DNA of 64,000 nucleotides, taken from contig NC_134481.1 in NCBI RefSeq assembly GCF_964194025.1, positions 7,688,001 to 7,752,000 on the forward strand, given 5' to 3'. The notes beneath the pieces are model-generated. The model worked only from the letters and a program-made list of their open reading frames with translations, ran no database searches and had not been told where the DNA came from. The translations under genes and the position numbers were made by a program. Every line of letters starts with the position of its first letter. The first letter of the stretch is position 1. This DNA is from Convolutriloba macropyga. Lineage: Eukaryota. This document shows, one piece after another, positions 61,992-64,000 of the stretch.

Positions 61992-63641
61992 ATGAATTAC
62001 GATTTGTTAACCGCAGGCGGATCATCAGGAAACTTAACGAAGAAAGCAAATTCTGGACCTGTAAGCTGTTTCTATTCAAATGTTTCAAAGCTATAATTTT
62101 CATTTAACATTTTCTCCGTTCTAGCTCAATTCCGATCTCTTTTCGGCAAATTCTGACCTTTACACAAATTCAACGACTAGCAACTTGTTTCAATCGACGA
62201 ATGACAAAGATGTTTTGTTTAATTCATCTTTGAGGACTAACGGAACGACCGACAAAAGCGATTTATTTCTGCGAGACAACGGACCTTCACTGCCAAAGGG
62301 AGGAATTTACAAAGACCAGTTCTCTCGGTTACCAGGGGCACCCCGCGATCATTTGAACGAAGTCTTCTCCGCATCCGAAAAATCCAATCATTCGTATCAA
62401 CGGTTGTCCGATAAAGACGTGAGCACATTTATAACAACTATCAATAACCCGGTTCGGCAGAAAATACAATGCATCGTAATCATACCAAGACATAAGTTTA
62501 TTATTTAATTTGTATCAAAAACCAGACGTATATGGTTTTCTAGTATTTAAACAAGGATCATATGATTTCTTAGCTTCCATTCAAGGGCTCGTTGTAGGAA
62601 ATACGCTATGATTCGTATGAAGTCATAACTGGTCCTTGTGTGACTACCAAAAAAAAATCAAATGTGAAATCCTTCCCAAAAATGCTTGCCAAATTTAGGA
62701 CCTTGCTTGTATCAAGTAAATGCATCCTTTGGGGTTGGGAGCGGAGGGTAGAGAGTGATACATTACGGTTGAAAAATTCTGAAAACACTATGTTAACACA
62801 TTTTGTCCCTTCACAGTTGAAGTCCCATCGCTGTTCCTACAAATTCTAATTTCTATCTTCCACCTGAACAATTGTCTGTAGTAAATGCTAGAATAAATAA
62901 GTTCACTGAAAGAACATTAATGATACATTTGAGGTGTAATGGTTATGTCAAGGTCAAAGCTCAATGATTGCGTTGAGGTGTTGCCTCTAAATAATCTAAT
63001 GATCGGATTGGAGTTAATGACATTGTCTGTTCAATTTCAGGTTTTCACTTCGTCCAACGGGCCCATGAACTTTCTTAACCAAACCAATCGATCAATAAAC
63101 TCGGTAAGAATTTCTCGCCATTGGCCAATTTCACTCCTAGATGCTTGCAAGATGTCTAGTATGTTTCTGTATTTATTTAGACTGCGTTTGGTTCTGATAG
63201 TCCCTCAATAAACTCTTCAAGTGCAACCGGAACTTTTGGCGGATCAATGCCGCCTCAAATGGGAAGGCTTTCTGCATTACCCCAACTCTCGCAACAGCTG
63301 CAAGGCTCCCCGAGTAGTCGGACAGGCGGATTCGCAAGCTCAGGAAGCGTGATACCGGGCGGAGGAGGTGGAGGGGGCGCAAGTCAATTCTCATCTCAAC
63401 AACAGAGTCAACAAAGTGCAGCGGCATCCCTGCTTTCGTCATCGGCTGCTGCCGCATCGGGTCTCCCACCATCCGGGTCTTCTTCTGTGAATAGGTCATT
63501 GTACAATCAACATATGGCTTCGAACAACTCGACGTCCGGTGGTCTGGGTGGCTTCACTAGTCCCTCTAGGATGTCCCCTAATAGCAATCTGGCACTGCAC
63601 CAACAAGCTAGCTATGCATTCAACTCTGCCCCAAAAAGAAG
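61992..63641 (+). CDS. 5' coding exons of a low-complexity S/G/Q/N-rich protein, possibly CCR4-NOT subunit 2 (CNOT2/Regena) N-terminus; join(61992..62060, 62125..62418, 63041..63103, 63181..63641), continues beyond the window
   Basis: Four phase-consistent GT-AG exons in one open frame; weak resemblance to the CNOT2 N-terminus (RLSDKD|VFTSS, VNRSL, TSPSR). Gene structure is well supported, identity is not. Confidence 0.7.
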
Positions 63642-64000
63642 GTAACAATCAATTCCTGTTACAATTAAATAAATGAGAACCGCCTATGAACAAAGTTTTT
63701 GTTTTCATCACAATATGTGATTACAATTATTCTTGTTTTTGCACTGATAATGTTTACAAATTATACTACATACCATTATAAAGGTGTAAAAGATTAGGTA
63801 TAATTTAAGCTATTTAATGACTTGAATTTTGATCTAAGGGTTTCGTCCACTTCGAAAATGAAAAAAATATCCATGATTTTCTGAGATAGCCTCAAAGCGA
63901 TTGCTGAGGCTATTATTGGCCTTCTCTTGGTTTTTTATTTCGTCGTCAAGATTTTTGTTAAGACTATATGGCGTCAGAATCTGCGTTTTGATCACTCATT

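Overview
AT-rich, intron-rich eukaryotic (apparently invertebrate animal) genomic DNA with a 200-N scaffold gap at 31926-32125; the ORF track is mostly noise because the genes are spliced. Genes I could reconstruct by hand from GT-AG phase-consistent exons: (1) a minus-strand RDH11-14-like short-chain dehydrogenase (exons 15369-15509, 14590-14930, 300-435, continuing off the left edge) whose ~14.15 kb intron contains (2) a complete, same-strand, two-exon YeeE/YedE-family (thiosulfate/sulfur transporter-like) gene of ~369 aa, a family typical of prokaryotes, fungi and protists and, to my knowledge, rare in animals; (3) the terminal exon of PDIA6 (HDEF C-terminus); (4) a small orphan membrane-protein gene not assembled by the ORF track (exons 42171-42316, 38965-38991, 38401/38435-38560); (5) an intronless MGMT; (6) the 5' exons of a low-complexity, possibly CNOT2-like gene. 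The remainder is transposon-derived: a truncated BEL/Pao LTR element, a nested stack of decayed LINEs, Helentron/DINE-like non-autonomous elements, CCCGGG-terminated MITEs (two carrying a tRNA-Ala-like Pol III promoter) and recent tandem duplications. The most interesting signal is the nested YeeE/YedE gene (HGT candidate), followed by the tRNA-promoter-carrying MITEs and the orphan membrane gene.
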